Source of the DNA: Candidatus Spongiisociaceae bacterium
GTDB lineage: Bacteria; Actinomycetota; Acidimicrobiia; Spongiisociales; Spongiisociaceae
Assembly (NCBI GenBank): GCA_965219685.1
Contig: CBDCOH010000002.1
Coordinates: 928,001-992,000, forward strand
DNA: 64,000 bases
Direction: 5' to 3'
Position numbers and translations under genes: made by a program. Under the pieces are notes generated by a model. That model was not told where the DNA came from and did not search any database. It saw nothing but the letters and a program-made list of their open reading frames with translations. Shown here one piece after another: positions 20,277 through 29,805 of the stretch; position 1 is the stretch's first letter, and every line of letters begins with the position of its first letter.

Positions 20277-23200
20277 CTAGAGCATTTCGTCGCTTCGGCC
20301 GTTGTCCACGGTCGTAACGGGAGGGGCGGGATCGGAGGGGGCCTCCGACGCTTCCCTGTGGAAGAGGTCTTCAGGAGTGTAGGGACCGGCCAGGTCGTGC
20401 CGGACCGACATGATCGCCAGGTCGCCGCCCGTCAGATTGCAGACATGCGACGCCTTGACGGGGACGTCGCCCGGGGGCGCGATCAGGGCTGAAGGCCACC
20501 ATAAGCTGGGCGTAAGAGAGCGGTCCGCGTCCTTGAGCGCCTCGGGTCGGAAGTAGGAGTGCGATACCTCGGACGTGGTCCGCGGCGCAACGGCGCCGAG
20601 GAAGTCCTCCAATGGTTCACCGCCCACCTCCGAGGCTTGGAGCGTCCCGCGCTGGCGATATACCCACTCGGCGGCCGCTGCCTGATCCGACTCGACCAGG
20701 GCGCGGCCCAACTCCGAGTCGTAGGTGCCAAGGCTCATATCCCGTAGGAAGCGCCAGCGCCCGCTTACGTGGGCGCGCCCGTCGGCTTCGACACTCGAGA
20801 CCTCCCGAGGATCCTGGTCGGGCCGGAGGATTCCCGTCGGATCCGAACCTACTTCGATCGCCCGTAGATGGCGGTAGGCGTCTATCGCCACGTCGTGACG
20901 CTTCCGCAGCCAGCCCGGTCGGGCGAGGCCGCTCATCATGCGAGCCCGCATGGCGGTGGCTCCCAGGCTCGTGACCCGGAAGGAGCGGTTCTCGGCCTTA
21001 CCCACTCCCAGGAGCATGTCGTAGCCGGATCGTTCGTCATCCGGCGTCCGCGAACCGAATGGCTTCCACAGCACCGTGGCCCAAGCTCCGGCCGAGGCGA
21101 CGAACTGCTCGAAAGCCTCGGCCGCGCGCCACGCCGCGTCAAGGGCTGCGACTATCCCACGTTCGAGGTCGGCGACTTTGGCCCTCTCCCGGTTATCGCG
21201 GCGGAATCCGTCGATCCCCATGGCTAGTAGCAGCAGCAGGATGACGAACAAGATTCCCGCCTCGTACCACCACAGTTCTCCGAACCCCTCTCGACGGCGG
21301 AGCCCGTACCAGCCGTTGTCACGGGCGATCAGGCCGATCAGTCCGAATACGCCGTAGACCATCGTGAAGAAGATCAGCATCCTCACCTGACGGAACGTCT
21401 CCATCGACCTGAGGGCGGGCCGGTCGAGCCGGATGGCCAGGACGACGGCGTAGTTGACCAGCGCCACCGACAACCCGAACGCGGACGCATCGTCTATGTT
21501 CGCGTCACCGGATACGAGCAGCCCGGCGAGCACTCCGGTTAGAGCAGACCAGCCGGCGATCCTGTTTAGCGCCGGTACCTCCCGCGAACGGGCTGAGGAG
21601 GGTGGGCTTGACGATGGCCCTGGATGGTCGGATCTCTCCGATGTCGGGTCGCCCTGCGCCGCTCCGGTAGCGATCGTCTCCCGATCCTCGTCGACCGTGT
21701 CGTCTTCAACCGGACCGTGCCGAGATCCGGCCGTGTCGGCAGCGGGCGTGAGTGGCCCGAACCGCAACACCACCGCCCGGGAGATCGCGGCGATCGCCAA
21801 TGCGTAGACGGCCGTGACCAGCCCCCAGGCCCAGGCGCGAGGCGTAGAGGACAGTGAGGTTATCCCCAGGACCTCCACGCCGCCGGATAGGACCAGCAGC
21901 CCCGTGATCGCCAGCACGATGAGCCCGGAGGTTACGATCGCGGTGGCGGAGAGCGCGGGAACCGGGTCGACTTCGAACACGTCGCGTGCGCGCCCGACGA
22001 GGCGTTGGAACTCCGCCCGGTTGCGGCGCTCCACTTCGCGCAGGTGAGCGCCGACGCGGCCGAGCAGCGAGGCGGGTACGCGTTTTGTCGCATCCGAGCG
22101 GATCTCCGCGGCGTGGGCGTCGATGTCGGCGGGAGCGATCAGGCCTATCTCGGTGATGACAACGTTGCGTCCCTTCAGCTGCGGCGAGGCCATGTCGCCG
22201 GGTGCCTGATCCCCGTCGACCAGCGAGAACACGGCCTTTCCGAGATCGGTCCAGATCTGTTGGTCGATTTCCACCCCGCCCTCTACCGCACGGCGTTGTC
22301 TCACCGCGGCTACCACGGTCTCGGGGTCCACGGGGTCAGCCGTGGTCCGGTCGTCACCGGACGGCATGTCCCGCCAGATGACCCGTAGGATCGAGTCCTG
22401 GCCGGCCGCGTCCTGCAGTATGCGGCCGGTGGCGTCGCGGAGCGCGGCCGTCACGTCGCTGAATACGGCGAACGTGTACCGGAGACCGCCCAGGATCCCG
22501 GCGCCCAACAGGCGGAGGGTGTCCGCCAGCCCCAGTCTGCGACGGTAACGCTCGGGTTTGTACTCGAACAGCAGGCTGTCCAGGTGGGAGACCATCCGCC
22601 GGCGGGCGTCGGTGAGGGTCTCGCCCGGGTACGGCGCCTCGGCGCAGTCCCTGGGTACCGGCGCCCGGCCTCCGTGGTTGGCGGCGGCGGCAAGCGTGAC
22701 GGCGGGGATCTCCGCTATCCGTGCGAACGAACGGGCCAGATAGACTTTGGCCTGGCCGTAGCCGATCGGGCCCCTGTCCAGGGACTCCACGGGCGCCTCT
22801 TCCATACCCGACCACATTCCGAGCGCGGTGGCCACCTCGGCCGCGATATGGGATGCGAACGTATCGGATTGCGGATCGGCGAGGGGAACACCCAACATCG
22901 CTTCGGTCCTGCGGTCCTCCGGGATGATGACCAGGTTGGCGTCCACTTCCGGCGAGAAAAACCCTTCGGGCGCCGCTAGCACTCCCCCGGCCCCGGGATC
23001 GCGTCGTGGCGACCAGATCCGTACCTCGACCACGCGCATTCCCTTGGGCTTGAGCGCCTCGATCTCGCCCGCTATGCGCTCGGCGGTCGACGACACGTAG
23101 GTAGTGCTCTCGATGTCCGGGCCGACCAGAGCCACCACGTGGACCAGTTCGAACTCCTCGCGGGCCAGTGTCTCAAACCACCGGCGGTGTTCCACTCCGT

Positions 23201-23348
23201 CCCGGCCGATGTCCATGTCGGGCCCGTCGTCGATGCAGGCGACGAAGGGTTGCACGAGACCGGCCCGCACCCACTCGGTGAGCCGTTGGACAGCGGCGGT
23301 CGTCGACTTGTCGTTGGCCGCCACGAGGAGGCTGCGGCGCGCGCTCAT
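20277..23348 (-). CDS. Large (1023 aa) uncharacterised multi-pass membrane protein, partner of the tubulin-like gene
   Basis: Long ORF with ATGA overlap to the upstream gene; about 6 central hydrophobic segments flanked by large soluble domains. Confidence 0.8.
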   Translation of the reverse strand: MSARRSLLVAANDKSTTAAVQRLTEWVRAGLVQPFVACIDDGPDMDIGRDGVEHRRWFETLAREEFELVHVVALVGPDIESTTYVSSTAERIAGEIEALKPKGMRVVEVRIWSPRRDPGAGGVLAAPEGFFSPEVDANLVIIPEDRRTEAMLGVPLADPQSDTFASHIAAEVATALGMWSGMEEAPVESLDRGPIGYGQAKVYLARSFARIAEIPAVTLAAAANHGGRAPVPRDCAEAPYPGETLTDARRRMVSHLDSLLFEYKPERYRRRLGLADTLRLLGAGILGGLRYTFAVFSDVTAALRDATGRILQDAAGQDSILRVIWRDMPSGDDRTTADPVDPETVVAAVRQRRAVEGGVEIDQQIWTDLGKAVFSLVDGDQAPGDMASPQLKGRNVVITEIGLIAPADIDAHAAEIRSDATKRVPASLLGRVGAHLREVERRNRAEFQRLVGRARDVFEVDPVPALSATAIVTSGLIVLAITGLLVLSGGVEVLGITSLSSTPRAWAWGLVTAVYALAIAAISRAVVLRFGPLTPAADTAGSRHGPVEDDTVDEDRETIATGAAQGDPTSERSDHPGPSSSPPSSARSREVPALNRIAGWSALTGVLAGLLVSGDANIDDASAFGLSVALVNYAVVLAIRLDRPALRSMETFRQVRMLIFFTMVYGVFGLIGLIARDNGWYGLRRREGFGELWWYEAGILFVILLLLLAMGIDGFRRDNRERAKVADLERGIVAALDAAWRAAEAFEQFVASAGAWATVLWKPFGSRTPDDERSGYDMLLGVGKAENRSFRVTSLGATAMRARMMSGLARPGWLRKRHDVAIDAYRHLRAIEVGSDPTGILRPDQDPREVSSVEADGRAHVSGRWRFLRDMSLGTYDSELGRALVESDQAAAAEWVYRQRGTLQASEVGGEPLEDFLGAVAPRTTSEVSHSYFRPEALKDADRSLTPSLWWPSALIAPPGDVPVKASHVCNLTGGDLAIMSVRHDLAGPYTPEDLFHREASEAPSDPAPPVTTVDNGRSDEML

Positions 23349-26300
23349 AACAGTTCCGGCCTTCCCGAGTCGTCACGCTCCAGGCAGAACTTGATATTGG
23401 TGAGTTCCTGAGTGACGAGGTCGGCGATCCCCAGCCACGCGATGCGGGTGCGCTGGTCACTCCCGCGATCCTCTGCGATCTGCTCGTCGTACAAGTCGAC
23501 CTGTCTTCCCAGCAACTCGATGGCGTCCCGTCTGCGAGAGCGTTCGTCCCCGCCCCTGATCACGGGACTCCTCACCCCCGCGGTGTTTCCTGTCGCCAAC
23601 CAATTGGATAAGACCCGGCTGGGCCGCGTGAAGGCCTTCAGGTCCGGTCCTCTCGCACCCGGTGATCGGCCCCACTCGACCAGGCGCGCGTAGGGCCCCA
23701 GGAACTTACCCGCGTCCTTCCGGTCGGCGGCGACCGGGAACGCGAGGCACAACCCTTCCAGCAGCGAGGCGAGGACGTTCCACGGCTGGCCCCCCACCGG
23801 CAGCGTCGGCTCGAACCGGAGAACACCGTGTTCGGTGGTGATGGCCACGGTCCGGTCCTCGATCTCGACCAGGCCCAGCATCCTGCCGATGAACCACCCC
23901 CTGATCAGGGCGCTCAACATCGGCCGAGGGATCGGAGTGGCCCTGGACAGGGCCCGCGATCGCCGGGCGTTCCAGAAGCTGACCAGATTGGACGTGTCGT
24001 GTTCCTTCCGCCAGGCGTCGGCGATGGGCTTCGTCAACGAGTCGAAGCACACGGGATGGAGGGCGCCTCCGAGCGATGTGTAGACCGCCACTCTGGTCTC
24101 CCGTTCGGACTGGTTGATCGTCTGCTCGACGGCCTCTGCGTCCCTATCGAGTTGCGGGAGGAGGTATTCACGAACGAGTGGCTCGACCGGGAGGCCGGCG
24201 ACCGGGATCGGGCTGGTCACCGGACGGATGCGCAGATCGGAGCCGGGATGTACCTGCTGGACCATCTCACGGTCGACCGAGACCAATGGCTCGGCCGCCT
24301 CGAAGGCCTTCTCCAGGCACTTCCGGAACCGTTGGTCTCGGGGAGCCCGCACCGCAGGCGGTAACGAGTCCGAGAGATAGCCCCGCAGGCCCAGCGCCAG
24401 GGTCTCTTTCCACGTCGAGCCGTCGGTGCGCAACCAGGCGCGGGCCCGGCTGAGAATGTCGTCCCGGCTGATACGCACGGTGAACGAGGCCCTCCGCGGC
24501 GCGGCGTCGCCCGCCGCGAGCCATTCCGGTGCGGACCATGCCGAATCGGGCAGCATCCAGGGCTCCATGACGCTCTGCTCGGCCTCACCGGTGATCACGG
24601 TCCGGCGGACCTTGGCCCAGGCCTCCTCGAGTCCGGTCGTTCCGGCCGAATCCATGGTGTGTTCTTCGAACAGCCGGGGGAAGTCTTCCGGATCTATGAC
24701 CAGCATGGTGCTCGCGCCGGGCTGCAGCGCGTCGGGAACGAGCCGGTCGGACGCGGGATTGTGGCGGGGCCAGTCATCGATCGGCGTTGAACCCGCTTCG
24801 CTCCTATCGGCTTCCACCGCCTGACGCAGAGCGTCGTAGGCGTGTTCGATCGCCTCGCGGAGCGGCTGGAGCACCCCGTCGCGCAGGTCCGCGAGCAGCC
24901 GGGAGGCGATGAGACGATGGTCGGCGTTGTAGGGATGCACCAGGCCGGTCTGGATCGCCTTGCCGATGGCGTTGCGGACTCCTTCGTGGTCGGCCGGGAG
25001 GGTGCCGGGACCCATTCCGATCGCGTCCAGGACGTCGGATCGCAGGTGTCCCGCCCATGCCAGTTCCTCCTGGCGCTCCGATTCGAGTTCTTCGGCCACG
25101 TGCTCCATCTCCGCGTCGGCCTTTGCCAGGAGTCGCAGCGCAACCTGCGCTCCATAGTCCGCGACGTTCGCACCCACAACCTTCACGATGCGGTCGGTGA
25201 TGTGTTCCACCCACTTCAAGGCCTCGTCCCGCAGCCGGTCGTCCAGTTTCTTCAACACGCCCGCTCGCCGGACCTCCACACCCTCCACGATGCAGTCCAC
25301 CCAGCGAAGCGCCCGGGCTTTGGAACCGACCTCCTCCGATGCTTCGTACCGGACCTGGTCCGCTACATCCCTGAAGACCGCGTCGAGTTCCGCATCCTGA
25401 AGCCCGATGGAGTCCAGAACCTGGTTGTTGTCGCGTCCCCGCTCGTTGATGCCGCATCTCCTGAGAAACCGCGTGAAGGCATCCTCTGCGAGATCCTCCA
25501 CGATCTCAGCGGTGGTGTGGTTCTCGTAGCGTCGCTGCTTCTTCGCCGCCCGTACGTAGTCACCGAGCAGGAACTCGATCGCGTCGCGGGTGATCCGCTG
25601 TTCGGCATACGTTCCGAGACGGCCCACGCCGAGGTCCACCTCGGCGAATCCGAGCGCCTGGATGGCCCCGTAGTACTTCGGCGGATCGGGCAGCATCAGT
25701 GTGTCGCCGCCAGAGGTGGGGAAACTGCCGGCGGAAGCCTGCCAGTTGGCCTTCATGTACACCGTGAAGTCGTCCTGCATGCGCCGGTCGGTCATCACTG
25801 CGGCCAGGCAGCGCGCCATGAAGCGATATGCGGCGAGTTGGTCGCCGAAGCCCACCCCTTTGGTATTCGTGTGCCCCACCAGGTAGGGGAAGGCCGGCCC
25901 GGAGCGCTGCTGGACCGCGCCGCCACCGGGTGGCGTGAACTCTCCGTCGCCGTAGTAACCGTGCAGCATCTCGGCCAGCGCCGCCGCGGTGTTCGGATAC
26001 ACGCCCCGGCTCGCCGCCTCAGACAGATCGACGAACACGTCAGCCGAATACAGGATGCCGATCGACTCGTCCATCCACGAATCTCCGTCGACCCTCAGGA
26101 TGTCGCACACATCCATCAGGATGCCTGCGCCGGTCCCGCCTGCCAGGGAGGACACGACGATCACCGCGGGCGTCGCAGCAGACTCTCCGGCCAGAGATAC
26201 GCCGTATGCCCGCTCGGCGAGTTGGCGGAGCTGTGCCATGGCGCCCGCGCTCAGCAAAGCCTGGTTCTTCATCCTGATGCGCTTCTGGATCTCGTCGGCG

Positions 26301-26677
26301 CGGAACAGGCCAAGCACGCGGCCCACCGCCCGGTACTGGCCGGCTCCGGCTTCGATGGGAATGCGCATGTAGTCGGAATCGAACAGCCAACCGCCGAAGT
26401 CGTGATCCTTGCGCTCGAGGCTGTCCACCATCGTTCTCAGGTCTATGCCCGGCCGCGCCAGTCCCAGGTACTCGTCGGCGTCCAGCAAATCAGGCCCGCC
26501 CGGAAGGACCGGTGTGTCTTGGTGGACGGGAGTGTCGATGTGGAGTAGCTGCCAACCGTCGGGCATTCCCTGGTCCCAGCCGATCTCACGGAACCGTTCT
26601 TCGAGGGTCTGCTTCAGGTAGCGCAGGGTCTTGCCACCTGAGCCGCCGAGGCCGATGATCAGGAACTGTTGCAGCAC
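23345..26677 (-). CDS. Tubulin/FtsZ-like GTPase domain protein (Tubulin_2 / FtsZl1-type), 1110 aa
   Basis: IIGLGGSGGKTL, HIDT, GAGQYRAVG, SSLAGGTGAG (tubulin signature variant) and YPNTAAAL; long helical C-terminal extension; RBS AAGGAG before GTG 26677. Confidence 0.88.
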   Translation of the reverse strand: MLQQFLIIGLGGSGGKTLRYLKQTLEERFREIGWDQGMPDGWQLLHIDTPVHQDTPVLPGGPDLLDADEYLGLARPGIDLRTMVDSLERKDHDFGGWLFDSDYMRIPIEAGAGQYRAVGRVLGLFRADEIQKRIRMKNQALLSAGAMAQLRQLAERAYGVSLAGESAATPAVIVVSSLAGGTGAGILMDVCDILRVDGDSWMDESIGILYSADVFVDLSEAASRGVYPNTAAALAEMLHGYYGDGEFTPPGGGAVQQRSGPAFPYLVGHTNTKGVGFGDQLAAYRFMARCLAAVMTDRRMQDDFTVYMKANWQASAGSFPTSGGDTLMLPDPPKYYGAIQALGFAEVDLGVGRLGTYAEQRITRDAIEFLLGDYVRAAKKQRRYENHTTAEIVEDLAEDAFTRFLRRCGINERGRDNNQVLDSIGLQDAELDAVFRDVADQVRYEASEEVGSKARALRWVDCIVEGVEVRRAGVLKKLDDRLRDEALKWVEHITDRIVKVVGANVADYGAQVALRLLAKADAEMEHVAEELESERQEELAWAGHLRSDVLDAIGMGPGTLPADHEGVRNAIGKAIQTGLVHPYNADHRLIASRLLADLRDGVLQPLREAIEHAYDALRQAVEADRSEAGSTPIDDWPRHNPASDRLVPDALQPGASTMLVIDPEDFPRLFEEHTMDSAGTTGLEEAWAKVRRTVITGEAEQSVMEPWMLPDSAWSAPEWLAAGDAAPRRASFTVRISRDDILSRARAWLRTDGSTWKETLALGLRGYLSDSLPPAVRAPRDQRFRKCLEKAFEAAEPLVSVDREMVQQVHPGSDLRIRPVTSPIPVAGLPVEPLVREYLLPQLDRDAEAVEQTINQSERETRVAVYTSLGGALHPVCFDSLTKPIADAWRKEHDTSNLVSFWNARRSRALSRATPIPRPMLSALIRGWFIGRMLGLVEIEDRTVAITTEHGVLRFEPTLPVGGQPWNVLASLLEGLCLAFPVAADRKDAGKFLGPYARLVEWGRSPGARGPDLKAFTRPSRVLSNWLATGNTAGVRSPVIRGGDERSRRRDAIELLGRQVDLYDEQIAEDRGSDQRTRIAWLGIADLVTQELTNIKFCLERDDSGRPELL

Positions 26678-26737
26678 GGTTGCTCTCCTTGGTTGGATCC
26701 GGATTTCCCGGGCGCGGGCTGCCGGACGCGGGTTGGT

Positions 26738-29134
26738 TCACTCATCGGGCGCCGTCTCTTCCGGCGCCGGGATACTCGCGAGCGCATCCCTGACATAGCC
26801 GGCGAACTGATCCTCGGTGGGGGTGGAAGGGTCGACCGGCGCTATCACGACCCCGTGATGCGGCGCGGGTCCCGACACGTCTATCAGGACGATGGGTTCG
26901 TGGAGCCGACGTTCCGATCGCAGGTCGGGCGACCGGTCCGAGACGTTGGTGGCATCGCGGCCCGAGCCGACCACGCCGACGAAGCGGCGCCCTGCAAGTG
27001 ACAGCCGGACGTAGGGAGGGCGCCAGGGTCGCCATGGCGTCTTACGTACAGCGCGCAGGTCACCCGCCTGGAGAGTGCTAGGCGAGTGGCGCGCTCTCCG
27101 GAGCTGGGCCTCCGACAAGTCGGACACGAGCGTCCATCCGTCCGCCACACGGAAGGTTGTGTATCGCGTGCGCCGGGGTCGCCGGATCCGACCTGCGACG
27201 CGGTTGATCCCGTAGAGCCACCCCCATATGAGCGCCAGGAGGAGGGCGAGCATCGCCGCGATGAGGATCGTCTCGACGGCCACGTTGCGTGGATGGTCGA
27301 AGCTGACGGATACCGCTAGCGGTACCTGTCGTGTCAGCCCTGCCGGGTCCGCGGGGTCGGTGACGTACGCGAACAGGAGTATGTGGTCGTCCGGTGTCTG
27401 GACCGAGCGGTCGAGACGCACGTGCAGTTCGACGGGCTCGGGGTCGCCGGAGGACCAGGCAGTTGCTCCGTCCGGGAAAGACAGTTCGATTCCGACCGGG
27501 ATCCCGTCGGTGCCCAAGATGGGATCGACCGGCAGCAGCCGTATCTCTCCTTCCCGGCCGTCGGCCTCGATGACGATGGGGATGGCGAACTCGGTGGCTT
27601 CGATGGATCCCAACGCCGGCTCGGTGACCCGGAGTATCGGTCCGTCGGGAAGATCGACCACCGTGAAGGTGACCGATGCCGTGGCGGGATCGGAGTGTTC
27701 GGATACGAGGCGGACTTCGAAGGTGTGGTCTCCCACGGCGAGTGGCGGCGACCGGAACCGTCCCGAGCCGATGCGTGGGGGCGTGATCAGCACACCGTCG
27801 AGAACGAAATCGAGAAACGGTTCGTCGACCTCGGCAAGCTGCGCCGCCCCGGTCAGGAGCGAGAAGTCGATGGGTGTGTCAGGAAATATCGGGCTGGTCT
27901 CGATCCGGATGGAGAGGGTCGGAACTTCGAGGACGACGGAGCCACAGACCTCCTCGACTCCTTCACCATGGACCTCGGTCGAGGTGTAAGGAACCTCGGA
28001 ATAGTCGAGAACGATCCGGCGGGCTCGGTCGCCGTCCTCGAGACGGTGAGCGGGATGGTTGGTGGACAGTTCCGGGGAGTCGCCCTCCGCTACCACCACC
28101 GCGGATCGGACGAACGCCGGAGCGATCCCGTCCGGCAGTCTCCCGTCCCACAGGATGCCGTCGTGGGAGGCGACGGTGAGCCAGGGCCCGGAGAGGTCTT
28201 CGCAGGCCCGCGATGGGGGCATGGTGGTGGTCGTGGCCACGGTCGTAGTAGTGGTCGGGAGGGTCGTGGTGGTTGGCGTAGTCGTTGTGGGAGGTGGCGG
28301 CGGCTCTACGAACTTGAACTCCGGCTGTGTGGTCGTCTGCAGGGCGATGTGATCCCCGCAACGGCCCTGCTCCATCATTTCGAGAAGGGTCTTGGTATCG
28401 CCGGATGGAGGGTCCCCCACGTAGAAGAGACGGATGTCGATGCGGGCCCCGAGTTGCGCGAGACGACCCGAGAGGTTCTCGTAGCCAGGTGCGACTGTGC
28501 TTTCCCGGGACTCGTCGCCGCAAACCGCGGGGATCAGGAGATCTGCGACATCGTTGCCGATCCGCCGGCTGGTGAGCGGGCGTTCCAGGCCGTCGTAGGG
28601 TCGAGGTGTCCGGTCACCCCTATGAGCATCGCTGAGATCGTGAAGTCCGTCGGTCAACCACACGACCCGATGGCAGTCGGCTGACCAATCGAGATCGAGC
28701 AGTCCGTATAGGGCGGACACGTAGTCGGTGTTCAGGTCGTGGTCACCGAACCGTTCGATCGTGGACACCACGTCGTCGTTGCCGCTCGCCTTGAGGTCGG
28801 TGAACTCGCGACGCAGTTCGAAATCGGTGCCGAAGGTGGCCAATCCGAGGCGGACCCGCAGTCCCGCCTCCACGGACCTCTCGAGGGAGGCCACGTAACG
28901 CTTGGCGGCGGCGATCCGCTGGCCGTCCGGGTCGTTGGTACGCAGGGACTGGGACTCGTCCATCAGTATCAAAACGTCCCACGACCGCGCCTCGGGAGGG
29001 CAGAACGCGTCCGCTCTCACAGGATCCTGATCCTGACCTCCGGAGGGAACGGCGACCATGGTGCTAGTCGTCACGGCGATGAGAACGGAGATGGTGAAGA
29101 CAATCGGGCGACCGGGACGGGCCGCCTGGTTCAC
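26738..29134 (-). CDS. Membrane-anchored vWA domain protein
   Basis: N-terminal signal-like segment, MIDAS DESQS...TDY...LTDG, Pro/Thr linker, beta-rich region, TM ILIAAMLALLLALIWGWLY followed by a basic stretch. Start GTG 29134 overlaps the upstream stop. Confidence 0.85.
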   Translation of the reverse strand: MNQAARPGRPIVFTISVLIAVTTSTMVAVPSGGQDQDPVRADAFCPPEARSWDVLILMDESQSLRTNDPDGQRIAAAKRYVASLERSVEAGLRVRLGLATFGTDFELRREFTDLKASGNDDVVSTIERFGDHDLNTDYVSALYGLLDLDWSADCHRVVWLTDGLHDLSDAHRGDRTPRPYDGLERPLTSRRIGNDVADLLIPAVCGDESRESTVAPGYENLSGRLAQLGARIDIRLFYVGDPPSGDTKTLLEMMEQGRCGDHIALQTTTQPEFKFVEPPPPPTTTTPTTTTLPTTTTTVATTTTMPPSRACEDLSGPWLTVASHDGILWDGRLPDGIAPAFVRSAVVVAEGDSPELSTNHPAHRLEDGDRARRIVLDYSEVPYTSTEVHGEGVEEVCGSVVLEVPTLSIRIETSPIFPDTPIDFSLLTGAAQLAEVDEPFLDFVLDGVLITPPRIGSGRFRSPPLAVGDHTFEVRLVSEHSDPATASVTFTVVDLPDGPILRVTEPALGSIEATEFAIPIVIEADGREGEIRLLPVDPILGTDGIPVGIELSFPDGATAWSSGDPEPVELHVRLDRSVQTPDDHILLFAYVTDPADPAGLTRQVPLAVSVSFDHPRNVAVETILIAAMLALLLALIWGWLYGINRVAGRIRRPRRTRYTTFRVADGWTLVSDLSEAQLRRARHSPSTLQAGDLRAVRKTPWRPWRPPYVRLSLAGRRFVGVVGSGRDATNVSDRSPDLRSERRLHEPIVLIDVSGPAPHHGVVIAPVDPSTPTEDQFAGYVRDALASIPAPEETAPDE

Positions 29135-29547
29135 AACGGCCACTCTCTGGCGATCCGGACGGCGATGAGGTAGCCGCAGAGAAGGGCTCCCACGACTGAT
29201 GCGAGGAGGGACAGCCTGGCCAGGATGGTGGGTCTCCACCACCGTTCCTGCCACCTCGTCCGCTCGCGGAACCTTCCCAACTGGAACAGGGCGAAGCCCG
29301 GGAGCGAGAAGACGAGGACCGCCAAGATCCCGCCGGTTGCTCGCTGGAACGCCTGGTCACCGACTCTTCCGACCTCGTCGGCGGTCAGGGCTGCGGCTAC
29401 AGCCATAGAGGTACCGAGCAACGACACCAGGAGCCACAAGACCCATCGCGCGCCTCGCGGTGGCCGACGGTGAAGGTTCCTTCGCGGGTTTCTGGATCCG
29501 GCCTCCCGCTGCCTGGATCGCGGGTCGGACTCGAACCTATAGCTCAT
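29131..29547 (-). CDS. Small membrane protein (about 3 TM), first gene of the vWA/tubulin operon
   Basis: Three hydrophobic segments; GTGA overlap with the vWA gene. Confidence 0.65.
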   Translation of the reverse strand: MSYRFESDPRSRQREAGSRNPRRNLHRRPPRGARWVLWLLVSLLGTSMAVAAALTADEVGRVGDQAFQRATGGILAVLVFSLPGFALFQLGRFRERTRWQERWWRPTILARLSLLASVVGALLCGYLIAVRIAREWPL

Positions 29548-29805
29548 GGCAGGTGGAGTTCCTGCGGTTGCTTCGCTGATGTAGTCACCGGAGTCGGCAC
29601 TGATATGTAGGTCTGTTCACCCTAGCCAGATTTGTAATTCGCGACACTCTACTCCCGGTGGGGGGTGACCACAACCGCGTTCCGGCTGGCTCGGTGGCCG
29701 GTGATTCTGGTTGGTCTGTGGCTGGTGGCCCGGGGTCACTCTGGGAAAGACCTGACCGCCGACAACTTTGCCGAGCCGTTGCCTGGTACCTGGCGCCTCG
29801 TAAGG

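Noticed and set aside
28220-28310. GTG/GTC-rich triplet tract as a DNA repeat element
   Set aside because: It simply encodes the Pro/Thr linker of the vWA protein.
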